Below are positions 10,913-22,445 of a stretch of 64,000 nucleotides of DNA, in pieces. The notes under the pieces were generated by a model, which was not told where the DNA came from, ran no database searches, and worked only from the letters and a program-made list of their open reading frames with translations. The translations under genes were made by a program, and so were the position numbers. This DNA comes from Squalus acanthias (Eukaryota): positions 9,674,001 through 9,738,000 of the forward strand of contig CM059433.1 in assembly GCA_030390025.1 (NCBI GenBank). Reading direction: 5' to 3'. Numbering within the stretch: position 1 is the first letter of the stretch; each line of letters starts with the position of its first letter.

Positions 10913-12074
10913 GAGATGGACATGGTCCTGAGCAAGTCGCAAATGCAGGTGGGATTAATTTTTTTTAATTAATTTTGCTCCAGTGTTTCAGGATTCTGCT
11001 CCAGCAAAATTAGATGTACTCATCCCTGTCAAACATCTCTGGGGAAAAAGTTACTGCATGAGAGACTCCACAAACACAAACTGAGTTAATTGTGGATAAA
11101 TAACTGGACCAACTAACAGGGCACTAGTCCTTTATCAGCAATATCACCAGCCAACCTCCATAACACCAGCTGCATTATATTTAGAACAGCAGTTAACTAT
11201 AGCAAAGATACATCTACAATGGCAATAGGCTGCTTACAGGGAGAAGGGTCTGAGAAACAGGCAGCCCCATTTTGTTCACACTTCTGCTGGTCTTTTGGAT
11301 TGGATCTATTATGGAAAAGTTAAAGAAATATAATAAGATGACATTATTCACACTATATATTCAGTAGTTTAAGTATTCGTGTCACTCACAATTCATTTTA
11401 CATAGAAAGGTAATTATCTACAAACATATGCTGCGCTGTGTACGAGGGTAACACAATTGTGGAGTTCTGGTGCGGTTGCTTAACTGCAGAAGCAAAGCTT
11501 GCAAAGTTTACTATGCAGTCACGAGGACCTCTATATTGTGGCAAGAGTCCCATAATTCCATCCAGCATAAAATATTCTGTGATGGAATATTTAAAAAGTC
11601 ATAATTATTATTGGTCACATCAGAGTAAAACCATCTCGAACTGTGGAGTGGCCACAGTGACAAGAGGAAAGAGTAGAAACTCGAAGTTTGACTGTGGTAG
11701 ATGGTATTCCTTAGCTGGCGGTCCGGTTGGGTGCAGCACGTTACAGGACAAAGTGCACGTGGGCCGTGGGGGGAACATGCTTTCCGACCAAATAGGCTTC
11801 TCTCGTACCGAGTAATGTAAATACCATACCATCTGATGTTATATTAATAGCAGTTACACAAAAATGAGAGATGACATTTAATGCAGAGAAGTGTGAGGTG
11901 ATACATTTTGGTTGGAAGAATGAGGAGAGACCGTACACACTAAATGGTACAATTTTAAAGGGGGTGCAAGAACAGAGAAACCTGGGGGTGCTTGTGCACA
12001 AATCTCTGAAGGCGGCAGGACAGGTTAACAAAGCAGTTAATAAAGCAGATGGGATCCTGGGCTTTATTAATAAA

Positions 12075-12243
12075 AATGAGAAGTCGCACAACACCAGGTT
12101 ATAGTCCAACAGATTTATTTAATTTTACAAGCTTTCGGAACAGTTCGCTCCTTCGTCAGGTAAGTTAGCAGTGAGAGAATCTCCCAGAATTCACAATTTA
12201 AACACAGACAAAATATATTCAAATCTTTCCTACATCAAAGAAC
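12075..12243 (-). mobile_element. Penelope-like family A pLTR fragment with 9-bp TSD ATTAATAAA
   Basis: Reverse complement of the pLTR end; TSD at 12066-12074 and 12244-12252; CR1 sequence resumes after it. Confidence 0.9.
12125..12163 (-). ncRNA. Minimal hammerhead ribozyme (PLE family A)
   Basis: Reverse: TTAC-CTGACGA-A-GGAGC gaact GTTCC-GAAA-GCTT-GTAA. Confidence 0.8.
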
Positions 12244-12934
12244 ATTAATAAAGGCAGAGAGTACAAGCCAGGAAGTTATGCTGAACCTATATAAAACACT
12301 AGTTCGACCCCAGCTGGAGTATTGTGTCCAGTTCTGGGCACCACACTTTAGGAAGGACGTGAAGGCCTTAGAGAGGGAGCAGAGGAGATTTACTAGAATG
12401 GTTCCAGGGATGAGGGACTTCAGATACGTGGATAGACTGGAGAAGCTGGGGTTGTTCTCCTTGGAGGAGAAAAGGCTAAGAGGAGATTTGGTAGAGGTGT
12501 TCAAAATCATGAAGGGTTTAGAGTAAATAAAGAGAAACTGTTTCCAGTGGCTGAAGGGTTGATAACCAGAGGGCACAGATTCAAGGTGATTGGCAAAAGA
12601 GCCAGAGGCGACATGAGGAAAAACTTTTTTACGCAACGAGTGGTTAGGATTTGGAATGCATTGCCAGATAGGGTGGTGGAGGCAGATTCAATAGTAGTCT
12701 TCAAAAGGGAATTGGATAAATACTTGAAGGAGAAAATATTGCAGGGATATGGGGAAAGAGCGGGGGCAGTGGGACTAACTAGATTGCTTTGCGAAAGAGC
12801 CGGCGCAGACTCGAAGGGCCGAATGGCCTCCTTCTGTGCTGTACTATTCTATGATTCTGTGATTCTGGTTTAAGGTACATCACATTGAAAAGAACTAGTC
12901 CAATTGCAAAAAGAATTAAGGGGACAGTTAGTCT

Positions 12935-13170
12935 ATTGTACCAAGGAGATTAGAATGTGGAATTCTCTACCACAAACCATGGCTGAAGCAGAGCCCATAA
13001 TTCTTCTAAAAGAGAATTCGACAGTTACTTGGAAAAAAATGACATTAAACAGCATGAGGAGCAAACAGGAGAGTGAGATTAGATTAAGTAGCTGGTTTAT
13101 CTGGAGAGGATCACCAGCACAGACTCGATGGGCTGAATGACCTGTTCCTGGGTTATAACATCATATGATT
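12935..13170 (+). mobile_element. Old diverged CR1 3' fragment
   Basis: IRMWNSLPQTMAEAE and a degenerate tail GATGGGCTGAATGACCTGTTCCTG. Confidence 0.65.
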
Positions 13171-13667
13171 TTTCCTGGTGTCATACAGGAATATTATAGT
13201 ATGTGCGTATAAATGTATACACACACATTATGATCCACTCCCCAATGCAATTCATATTACTCTCACAAAAGGAATACAGTTGTTTTTTGAAAAAAAATCT
13301 TACTTTGGCACGTATAATTAAATCTAAGGTGAAAATTCTTTCTGTCTTGAGAACTGTATGACATGAGTTAGAGCACCACTAGGATACATAGGCTTGAACT
13401 TGGCTCAGACGGATAGGATAAAGGTCTTCTCTCTGCTGCTTGGAAGGGTTGCCTATACTATGATTCCGAACAGTCTTAACACAGTGCCTATATAGTAACC
13501 GCAGCACAAACTGGCCAGCTCACTCAGCGAAACCACAATGATGTGAGAAATGGAAAGGTAATTTAAGGGGTGCTCTTCTGCAGCAATATTAATGCACATT
13601 GTTGAGGCAGAGTTGTTCTCTGATTCTGTGATTCTAGGTTAAGGTACATCACATTGTGACCTGGGAC

Positions 13668-13829
13668 CAATGTTCCCTCTAAAATGTTGTTGTTGCGCGC
13701 GGCCAGTTTTTTACCTTTACATTTTTTGCGTGGCCGCACAGGCGGTGTTTGTGAGCTTGTGAGCGGCCTGCGTGGTACCTTTAAGATTGCTACGTGCCCG
13801 CGCACACGTGCAGCTTAGAGGGAACATTG
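13668..13829. mobile_element. hAT-type MITE (162 bp)
   Basis: Perfect 15-bp TIR CAATGTTCCCTCTAA/TTAGAGGGAACATTG and 8-bp TSD CCTGGGAC (13660-13667, 13830-13837). Confidence 0.92.
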
Positions 13830-14032
13830 CCTGGGACTGCTTGATGGTGACACTGTGACTGAAATAAGAAAGTGTTCGATTCTCCAGAAATAGCATTTTT
13901 CACCTTGACTACATTCACTGAAATATATGTACATTGAAAAAAATACCTTCTCATTTGATAAATTGCCTTGCAAAACAATCCATTTGTAAACATGATGACA
14001 TGATTGACAATGGAATGACATAGTCTTGACAT

Positions 14033-14491
14033 AGTGTCAGCTGTGGCTCAGTGGGTAGCACACTCGCCTCTGAGTCAGAAGGATGTGGGTTCACAGCCCC
14101 CACTCCAGGGAGTTCAGCACATAAAGCTAGGCTGACACTCCAATGCAGTGCTGAGGGAGTGCTGCACTGTCGGAGGTGCCGTCTTTCAGATGAGACATTA
14201 AACTGAGACCCCGTCTGCTCTCTCAGGTGGACGTAAAAGATCCCACGGCCCTATTTTGAAGAAGAGCAGGGGAGTTATCCCCGGTGTCCTGGCCAATATT
14301 TATCCCTCAATCAACATAACAAAAACAGATTATCTGTTCATTATCACATTGCTGTTTGTGGGAGCTTGCAGTGTGCAAATTGGCTGCCGCGTTTCCCACA
14401 TTACAACAGTGACTTTACTTCATTGGCTGTAAAACGCTTTGAGACGTCTGGTGGTCGTGAAAGGCGCTATATAAATGCAAGTCTTTCTTTT
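14033..14491 (+). mobile_element. tRNA-derived SINE (same family as 8471)
   Basis: Colinear with 8471-8941. Confidence 0.9.
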
Positions 14492-14988
14492 ATGCCTCAT
14501 GAAAAGCGCATCACTGTACTTCACTCATGGCATTGTTTTTTACTGAAACAAACTTCTATAAAAAGAGATTCAGTATGTTACTGCATAAAATCATTAGTAC
14601 GGCCAAATTCTGTTAATTCGCATTACCCCAATACCTCAGTTAAGTGGCCCTTCACTATAATGCTGTCTGAACATTGTCTGTGTCTCTCTCAATAAGAGAG
14701 AGCAAATATAATAGTCCAAAATACAGCTAGATTGGAATGTGCTGTCTATGGCTCTGATGTATTGAGAAGCGGTTCTGGTTCACATGTAGGTGATCCGTCG
14801 GGGAAAATTAACCGGAGTAACGAAAAGTGATAATTACAGTCCTGTGCATTCCAAGGATCTATGAGACCCACCAAAACAGTTACTTAATTTTACCAGTGTT
14901 TTCTTTAAGGTCTAATTTGAATAGTATTAAATCAAATTAGCCTACAAATTCAGAGCTGCATTTTAAAATGACTATTTAAGTCTATTTA

Positions 14989-15376
14989 AGGGAAAAATTT
15001 GGGTGCTTTGCGCCTCCTGTTAGCTAGCGGGGCGCAAAGCAACTAACGCCCGGGCGCGGTGCCCCTAACGCCTCCCCGGTGGTCCAGCAGGGCCCCGGTG
15101 CGCGCTGCACTAGGCCCCTCCCCTTTACTCAGGGGAGGGAGGCCTGCAGTACCGTGGCGCTACGTGCCGACGCGCGTGGCACTGTTGAACGTAGCGCCGC
15201 GATATTCAATGGGAGCGCCCCAAGAGGGAGGGGGAGCACCTCCAGTAGCGCCCCGCCTCCTGCTTGGGGCGCTACCATTCAATTTCGGGTGCGTGGACAC
15301 TAACATTTTTTGGGGCGCTAAAAGTAGCGCCCCGGCGAAGTTATTGCCCCAAAGGGGGTGCGAGCCAATTTTCCCT
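14989..15376. mobile_element. GC-rich MITE (Harbinger-like)
   Basis: TIR GGGAAAAATTTGG...CCAATTTTCCC; body is an inverted homologue of 40453-41030. Confidence 0.8.
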
Positions 15377-16248
15377 TCTCAGATGTTATGGGAGGGTAAA
15401 GGAGCAGCAATCTTAAATTAAGCTGGCCTGTGAGTTTTCATTTGTAATCCTTCTTTGACCCCCTCCCACCACTGGTGGCTCGTTTTTCTCCCCTCTCTTG
15501 ATGCGCTTCCCTCCCCACCACCAAGTTACCAGTGCAGATGTATCTTTTCCTACCATTGTTCATCAGTCGAAGTCCGCTCTGCAACAAATCAAAATGGTAT
15601 TTACCTCAGTAGCTACACTGCCCCCCACCCCGCCGATACACCTTAAAATATAACCCCTCCACTTTTACTCCCACTTTTTCCACTTTCATTTCTGACTGCC
15701 CGTGTGAGCGTAGGTGAAATCAGCCAGTCTATAAAGCATTTATACTGGTCTAACGTATAGATAGACATGGTCATGTCACAACTATTGCCATTTCTACTTA
15801 TAGGCTATGTAGCTACAGTAATTGGGTCAAAACAAGAGCCACAGCATCCCGTGACCAATATCAGAAATCATCAGCTATTCCTGGGGAGTAGCCAATGATT
15901 TCTTTCAAATGCACATGGAAGAGTGGATTTTATGCATCTCGTTCCATATTATCAGAGTGAATGCAACTTTAGTGTTAAATGTCAGTCACAGATGTCAGGT
16001 CAGAACCTGGTGGCACAAGAGCACAATTCACGTTCTCGGGTTACTTTTACACATCTCCCAGAGGTTGGGTTAAAAGCTGCATTGGTGGCTGAGCCAGAGC
16101 TGGTGTCTGTCATTGGCAAATTGGTCACAAAAATCTAAATCAAGGAAGGGAGCAAAATAAGAAGAAATGGACAAAAACGTATGTACCCTCCTCAAATAAC
16201 TAAAGATTATGCAAAGATTCAGCTTTACATGGTGCAAGACTATTGTAA

Positions 16249-16642
16249 ATCTCATTGAAACTTATAAAATTCTGACAGGACTAGACAGACTAGATGCAGG
16301 AAGGATGTTTCCGATGGCGGGGGAGTCCAGAACCAGGGGTCACAGTCTAAGGATAAAGGGTAAGCCATTTAGGACAGAAATGAGGAGGAATTTCTTCACC
16401 CAGAGAGTGGTGAACCTGTGGAATTCTCTACCACAGAAGGCAGTAGAGGCCAATTCATTAAATATATTCAAGAAGGAGTTGGATATGTTTCTTAAGGCTA
16501 AAGGGATCAAGGGATATGGGGAGAAAGCAGGGACAGGGTACTGAATTTGGATGATCAGCCATGATCGCATTGAATGGCGGAGCAGGCTCGAGGGGCCGAA
16601 TGGCCTACTCCTGCTCCTATCTTCTATGTTTCTATGTTTCTA
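16249..16642 (+). mobile_element. CR1 LINE 3' fragment
   Basis: LIETYKILTGLDRLDAGRMFP...RTRGHSL; tail (TTTCTATG)n. Confidence 0.95.
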
Positions 16643-17542
16643 TAACAAGGGGCTCTTTCGCCCTTCCCACTGACATTTTTGTGGCTCACACGCACTGTAT
16701 AATTCACAATATCATTCTTCTCTGTTTCTATTTTATATGATAGCACAAAGAAAGAGCAAGAAGAACATTTATTGCAATGTATTGTCCCAAAGCATTGTCT
16801 AGTTTGATTGTGGCCCCATTGCCACATTGTCTAAGGGGGAAAGAAAGACAGAAAATGTTAAATGCTTTGTTTTTTCCTTTCTCACAAATGTCACTTATTT
16901 TGTACAGGTATATTCATTGATTTGAAGGTTAAATACAGATATGAGTCTGCAGACAGTGGTGCAACCTTACCATTAGCAGGGCCCAGCAACCCACTGTGGT
17001 CTTCTGGAAAATCCCCACGAGTTCCTAATGAAGGCCAAGTTTGCATCTTCCTTCTATGTTTATAGTTAGGCTTTTACTAGTAATAGAAGCGAACAGGCTG
17101 TTGTTTTTTTTTACACAATCAAGAGTTTTCATTGCTGTTTAACTGTGAATGAAGGTTAGCAAAAAACAGTTAGCACAGCTGGATACAATTTTTATTATCT
17201 CTAACGAACTTTCTATTAAGGTATTGACCTTAAAATGTTTTGACAATGACACAACTTTGTTCTACACGCTACCTCCAACTAGGAAATCATTGAACAGCTA
17301 CCTGTACTCAGCAGGCAAGTTTATGGAACTGCTCTACTTCCTTATTTTGGGCATTTTGTTTCATTTGAGGCTGGTTTGTAGCCAGAGAATCTCCTGGAAT
17401 GGCTTCTCCTCCCGCCCCGGCTCACCCCGTCGCCTCTAGAATCCCCCAACTGGTTCATCAAGTCAAGACACTCACGTACAATACATACTGCAGGCTCACT
17501 TATCCATGCTGGGTGGTTATTAAAATGTAATACTGATATTAA

Positions 17543-17945
17543 TAAAGAAAGAAAGACTTGCATTTCTATAGCGCCTTTCTTGACCACTGGACATCTCAAA
17601 GCGTTTTACAGCCAATGAAGTACTATTTGAAGTGCAGTCACTGTTGTAATGTGGGAAACGTGGCAGCCAATTTGCGAACAGCAAGCTCCCACAAACAGCA
17701 ATGTGAAAACGACCAGATAAACGTTTTTTTTTTGTTATGTTGGTTGAGGGATAAATATTGTCCAGGACACCGGGGATAACTCCCCCTGCTCTTCTTCAAA
17801 ATAGCAGCCTTGGGATCTTTTACGTCCACCGGAGAGAGCAGACGGGGCCTCGGTTTAACGTCTGATCCGAAAGACGGCACCTCCGACAGTGCAGCACTCC
17901 CTCAGCACTGCACTTGAGTGTCAGCCTAGATTTATGTGCTCAAGT
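17543..17945 (-). mobile_element. tRNA-derived SINE, 5'-truncated (family of 8471)
   Basis: Reverse complement of the SINE body and tail (AAAGAAAGACTTGCATTTCTATAGCGCCTT). Confidence 0.88.
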
Positions 17946-18179
17946 TTATTTGCCCTTATATATGTAATGTACTGGGCAAAGCCACAAGGTGCAATGCCAT
18001 TTCTCCAGCTGCTTCCCCATCCCTTTTCTTTCATTGTGCCCAGGCCTCTATTTGCTCTGTCCATGCTCTTGCTGCTTTTGTTTGTACTCAGTTATGTGGT
18101 TGACGACTTTTTTCTGCACATTTTCCACTTTGACCATCTTTGCTGGCACACTCTCTGAACTCCTCACGGTCCCAGTCCC

Positions 18180-18310
18180 TCTTTGACCAAACTAGTGGGT
18201 AACTTGTCTCAATCTCTCCTTTGGCTCAGTGTCAATGTTTGTTTCCTGTGAAGCACCTTGGGACCTTTTACTACATTAAAGGCGCTTTATGAACGCAAGT
18301 TTTTGTTGAC
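18180..18310 (+). mobile_element. L2 LINE 3' tail
   Basis: CTTTGACCAA...TTGGCTCAGTGTC...AAAGGCGCTTTATGAACGCAAGTTTTTGTTG; matches 21238-21376. Confidence 0.75.
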
Positions 18311-18861
18311 ACGTTGGTTGAATAAATTTGAGCTCAAAATTCAAAAGATACCAATTCTATAATTTAATTCTACAGGTCAGGCGATTCTAGATTCTAGGTT
18401 TGATTTTTTTTGGTCCTGATTAGCGGTACACTACCCCTCCTCATTCTTCTCGACCCGAGTGCATCCTTTGACACGGTTGACCACACCGTCCTCCTCCAAT
18501 GCCTCTGCTCCGAGGTCCAGCTGAGTGGGACTGCCCTCGCCTGGCTCCAATCTTGCCGATCAAGTCATAGTCAGAGAATCTCCTGGAATGGCTTCTCCTC
18601 CTGCTCCGGCCCACCCCGTCACCTCTGTGGTCCCCCCAAGGATATATCCTTGGCCCCCCTCCTATTTCTCAACCTGCATTCTGCTGCTCGGCGACATTCC
18701 ATCAGGTTCCACAGGTACGCCGATGACACCCAGCTCTCCCTCATCGCCCCCTCTCTTGACCCCTCCATTGCCTCTGTATTGACAAAGTGCTTCTCCAACA
18801 TCCAGTTATGGATGAGCCAAGATGTCCTCTCCAATTAAACATTGGGAAGACTGAAGCCATT

Positions 18862-19317
18862 GAGCTGGATTTTGAATGACCCGTGGAGTCCGGTTTGGAG
18901 GCGTGTGGGGGGTTAAAGTTGCAGATTCGGGGGTCCCGACCCCATCCCGACTCCAACACGCCTCCACGCAATTTCGACAAAATGGGTCGCGGGGATCCCG
19001 ACTCTGTCCCGCCTCCAAGAGGCGCGAGAGGCCATTAACGCTCTTAACTATCCCTAAATTGGCTCTGTAATGCCATTTTGAAACGTTTTAGCTAGTTTAA
19101 CCCTTTTCCGACATGAAGTACGCCTGATGTGAAACACGCTAGTGAAACCTGGCGGGAGCACAAGTGGATAGCTGACTATCAGCTGCAGGTCCACTATTAC
19201 AACGGAGATGTGATGAAGGTAGTAGTAGTATTAGGTCTGAAAGTCGCCTCTGATGCTGCTGCATTGAATGTCTTCAGAGACTGCCTGGCCTTTGCTGTGA
19301 GAGGACCTGGATGCAAA

Positions 19318-19349
<32 letters not shown>

Positions 19350-19610
19350 CTTAGAACTGCTGCTCATTTTGCATCCAGGTCCTCTCACAGCAAAAGCCAG
19401 GCAGTCAGTCTCTGACCTGCAATGATGACATCATCAGAGGCGACTTTCAGACTGAAAACACTAATTGGTTCATGGGTTCCCACATGCTGGAACTCAATTA
19501 CCCAATTAAGTGAAAATTGCACCATTCATCCACATTAATCTGGAGTCGGGGGGGCAACACAAAATGTGGGTAACACGACCCCAACCCGACCCCAAGACAA
19601 AATCCAACCC
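18862..19610. mobile_element. PIF/Harbinger-type MITE inserted in L2
   Basis: TIR GAGCTGGATTTTG/CAAAATCCAACCC, 3-bp TSD ATT; L2 sequence GAAGCCATT|GTCTTCGG is restored on removal. Confidence 0.85.
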
Positions 19611-19647
19611 ATTGTCTTCGGTCCTCGGCACAAACTCCGTTCCCCAA

Positions 19648-20655
19648 CCACCGATTCCATCTCCTCCCCAGCCACCGATTCCATCTCCTCCCCGGCCACC
19701 GATTCCATCTCCTCCCCGGCCACCGATTCCATCTCCTCTCCGGCCACCGATTCCATCTCCTCCCCAGCCACCGATTCCATCTCCTCCCCGGCCACCGATT
19801 CCATCTCCTCCCCAGCCACCGATTCCATCTCCTCCCCAGCCACCGATTCCATCTCCTCCCCAGCCACCGATTCCATCTCCTCCCCAGCCACCGATTCCAT
19901 CTCCTCCCCAGCCACCGATTCCATCTCCTCTCCGGCCACCGATTCCATCTCCTCCCCAGCCACCGATTCCATCTCCTCCCCAGCCACCGATTCCATCTCC
20001 TCCCCGGCCACCGATTTCATCTCCTCCCCGGCCACCGATTCCATCTCCTCCCTGGCCACCGATTCCATCTCCTCCCAGGCCACCGATTCCATCTCCTCCC
20101 CGGCCACCGATTCCATCTCCTCCCCGGCCACCGATTCCATCTCCTCCCCGGCCACCGATTCCATCTCCTCCCCTGCCACCGATTCCATCTCCTCCCCGGC
20201 CACCGATTCCATCTCCTCCCCTGCCACCGATTCCATCTCCTCCCCGGCCACCGATTCCATCTCCTCCCCGGCCACCGATTCCATCTCCTCCCTGGCCACC
20301 GATTCCATCTCCTCCCCGGCCACCGATTCCATCTCCTCCCCAGCCACCGATTCCATCTCCTCCCCAGCCACCGATTCCATCTCCTCCCCAACCACCGATT
20401 CCATCTCCTCCCTGGCCACCGATTCCATCTCCTCCCCGGCCACCGATTCCATCTCCTCCCCAGCCACCGATTCCATCTCCTCCCCAGCCACCGATTCCAT
20501 CTCCTCCCCAGCCACCGATTCCATCTCCTCCCTGGCCATCGATTCCATCTCCTCCCTGGCCACCGATTCCATCTCCTCCCTGGCCACCGATTCCATCTCC
20601 TCCCTGGCCACCGATTCCATCTCCTCCCCGGCCACCGATTCCATCTCCTCCCTGG
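19648..20655. repeat. Minisatellite, 42 x 24 bp (CCACCGATTCCATCTCCTCCCYRG)
   Basis: 1008 bp of tandem units differing mainly in the last 3 bases; no spacers. Confidence 0.98.
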
Positions 20656-21704
20656 CCACTGATTGTCTTCGGCTGAACCAGATTCTTTGCAACCTCTGCA
20701 TCCTATTTGACTCTGAGCTTAGCATCCGACCCCATGTCCACTTCATCATAAAGACCGCTGACACCCACCACAGTAATACATCCCGTCTCTGCCCCTTTCT
20801 CAGCCCATCTGCTGTGGAAACCTAATCTATGCTTTTGCTACATCCAGACCTGACTATTGCCGGCCTCCCACTTTCCACTCTCCGTAAACGTCAGCTCACC
20901 AAAGCTCAGCTGCCTGTATCCTAACTCGTACCAAATCCCATTCACCCATCAATCACCCATGTGCTCGATGACCTACATTGGCTCCCGGTCCAGCAATGCC
21001 TTGCTTTTAAAATTCTCATCTTTGTGTTCAAATCGCTCCGCGACCTCACTCCTCCGTATCTCTGTTACCTCCTCCAACTCTGCGAGCCTCCAAAGTCTCT
21101 GCGATGGTCCAACTATGGCCTCTTGTGCGTCCCCCCACTTCCTTCACCCAGGCCGTGCTTTCAGCTGTCTATTCCCTAAGCTCCGGAAGTCCCTCCCTGA
21201 ACCTTTTTGCCTCTCCACCTCTTCTTAAAACCTACCTTTTTGACCAAGCTTTTGGCCACCTGTCTTAGTATCTCCCTCTTTGGCTCAGTGTCATTTTTTG
21301 TCAGATTAGGCGCCTGTGGACTCCTTTGGATGTTTTACTATGTTAAAGGCACTACATGAATGAAAGTTGTTGTTGTCACATTGCCTAAATAGTTTTGAGC
21401 TCAAATTAAGCAAATGATACGGACTCAGTTAATTGTAACGCAATCTTTCCAAATCTGCCTGTACTCTCAGCAAGGATCAATTGCAGAATATTCGTAAATA
21501 ATTCTGTCTGATAAGGCATGTTAGAAAATGCAGTAACGTTTCATTTCAGATCATTTCAAGGCTGAAACTGTAAAATGCTAATTTTAACTGGTTGTAGTGA
21601 TTAAATGGTGGTTGCTGGGGGGCGGGGGGCGGGGGGGACTGAATGATTTGCACAGACTTTGTTTGAAATATCAAGGGCAGGTCACATTTCCTCATGCCCA
21701 AATG

Positions 21705-22133
21705 TTTTTTTTTCATTCTCGGGCTGTGGGCGTCGCTGGCAAGGCCGGCGTTTATCGCCCGTCCCTAGTCGCCCTGAGAAGGTGGCAGTGAGCCGCCTTC
21801 TTCAACCGCTGTAGTTATTTGTAGCGGTTTGATACAACTGAGTGGCTTGCTCGGCTACTTCAGTGGGCAGTTAAGAGTCAACCACATTGGTGTGGGACTG
21901 GAGTCGGTCAGACCAGGTAAGCACCACAGGTTTCCTTCCCTAAAGAACATTAGTGAACCAGTTGTGTTTTTGTGACAACCCAATAGTTTCGTGGTCACTC
22001 GTTTTCCGGATTTTTTTAAAACTGAATTCAAATTCTTCAAACTGCCATGGTGGTACTTGAACCCACGTTCTCTAGATTATTTTATCCAAGCCTCTGGTTT
22101 AACTAGTCCAATGACATACCTACTACACCACCA
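21705..22133 (-). mobile_element. tRNA-derived SINE, second family (tail shared with the LINE at 34655)
   Basis: Reverse head TGGTGTAGTAGG...GGGTTCAAGTACC; tail matches 34820-34930; homologous to 33472-33817. Confidence 0.8.
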
Positions 22134-22445
22134 TATGCACCAGCTGCTTCAATTCAGCGAGTAATAGCTAATTCTGCATTTAACCTCCTCTATATAAGGA
22201 ACATTATTACAGCTAATGACTTTATTAGGGATAAAGTTCACCTTAATTTATCAACTATAGAATTTCTGGACAGATGACAATATTTTCAAGAAAGTATCAC
22301 CACAAATATACTGCTTTTTTTTAAGTCAATATATTTTAAGATTGAGCCCTACGCTTCACAAACAAAACACTTATTACTAAACACTCGTTAATCTTCCCTG
22401 GCATAGCTCATGGACTAGAATTTCAGAAAGTGCAAATCATAGTAT

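Larger units (their letters stand above)
11865..12866 (+). mobile_element. CR1 LINE 3' fragment split by a PLE insertion
   Basis: [14 protein letters not shown] ... LYKTLVRPQLEYCVQFWAP ... FFTQRVV; tail ATTCTATGATTCTGTGATTCT. Confidence 0.95.
18410..21376 (+). mobile_element. L2 LINE (RT and 3' end) interrupted by a MITE and a minisatellite
   Basis: LLILLDPSASFDTVDHTVLL, FHRYADDTQL, LDDLHWLPVQQCLAFKILIFVFKSL; (GTT)n tail. Confidence 0.92.

Noticed and set aside
19648..20655. CRISPR-like array
   Set aside because: Contiguous tandem units with no unique spacers, in a eukaryotic context.
19510..20825. Long ORFs resembling extensin (PPIPSP), acidic (EEMESVAG) or Ser/Thr-rich repeat proteins
   Set aside because: They arise from a stop-free 24-bp minisatellite embedded in a decayed L2; no gene context.
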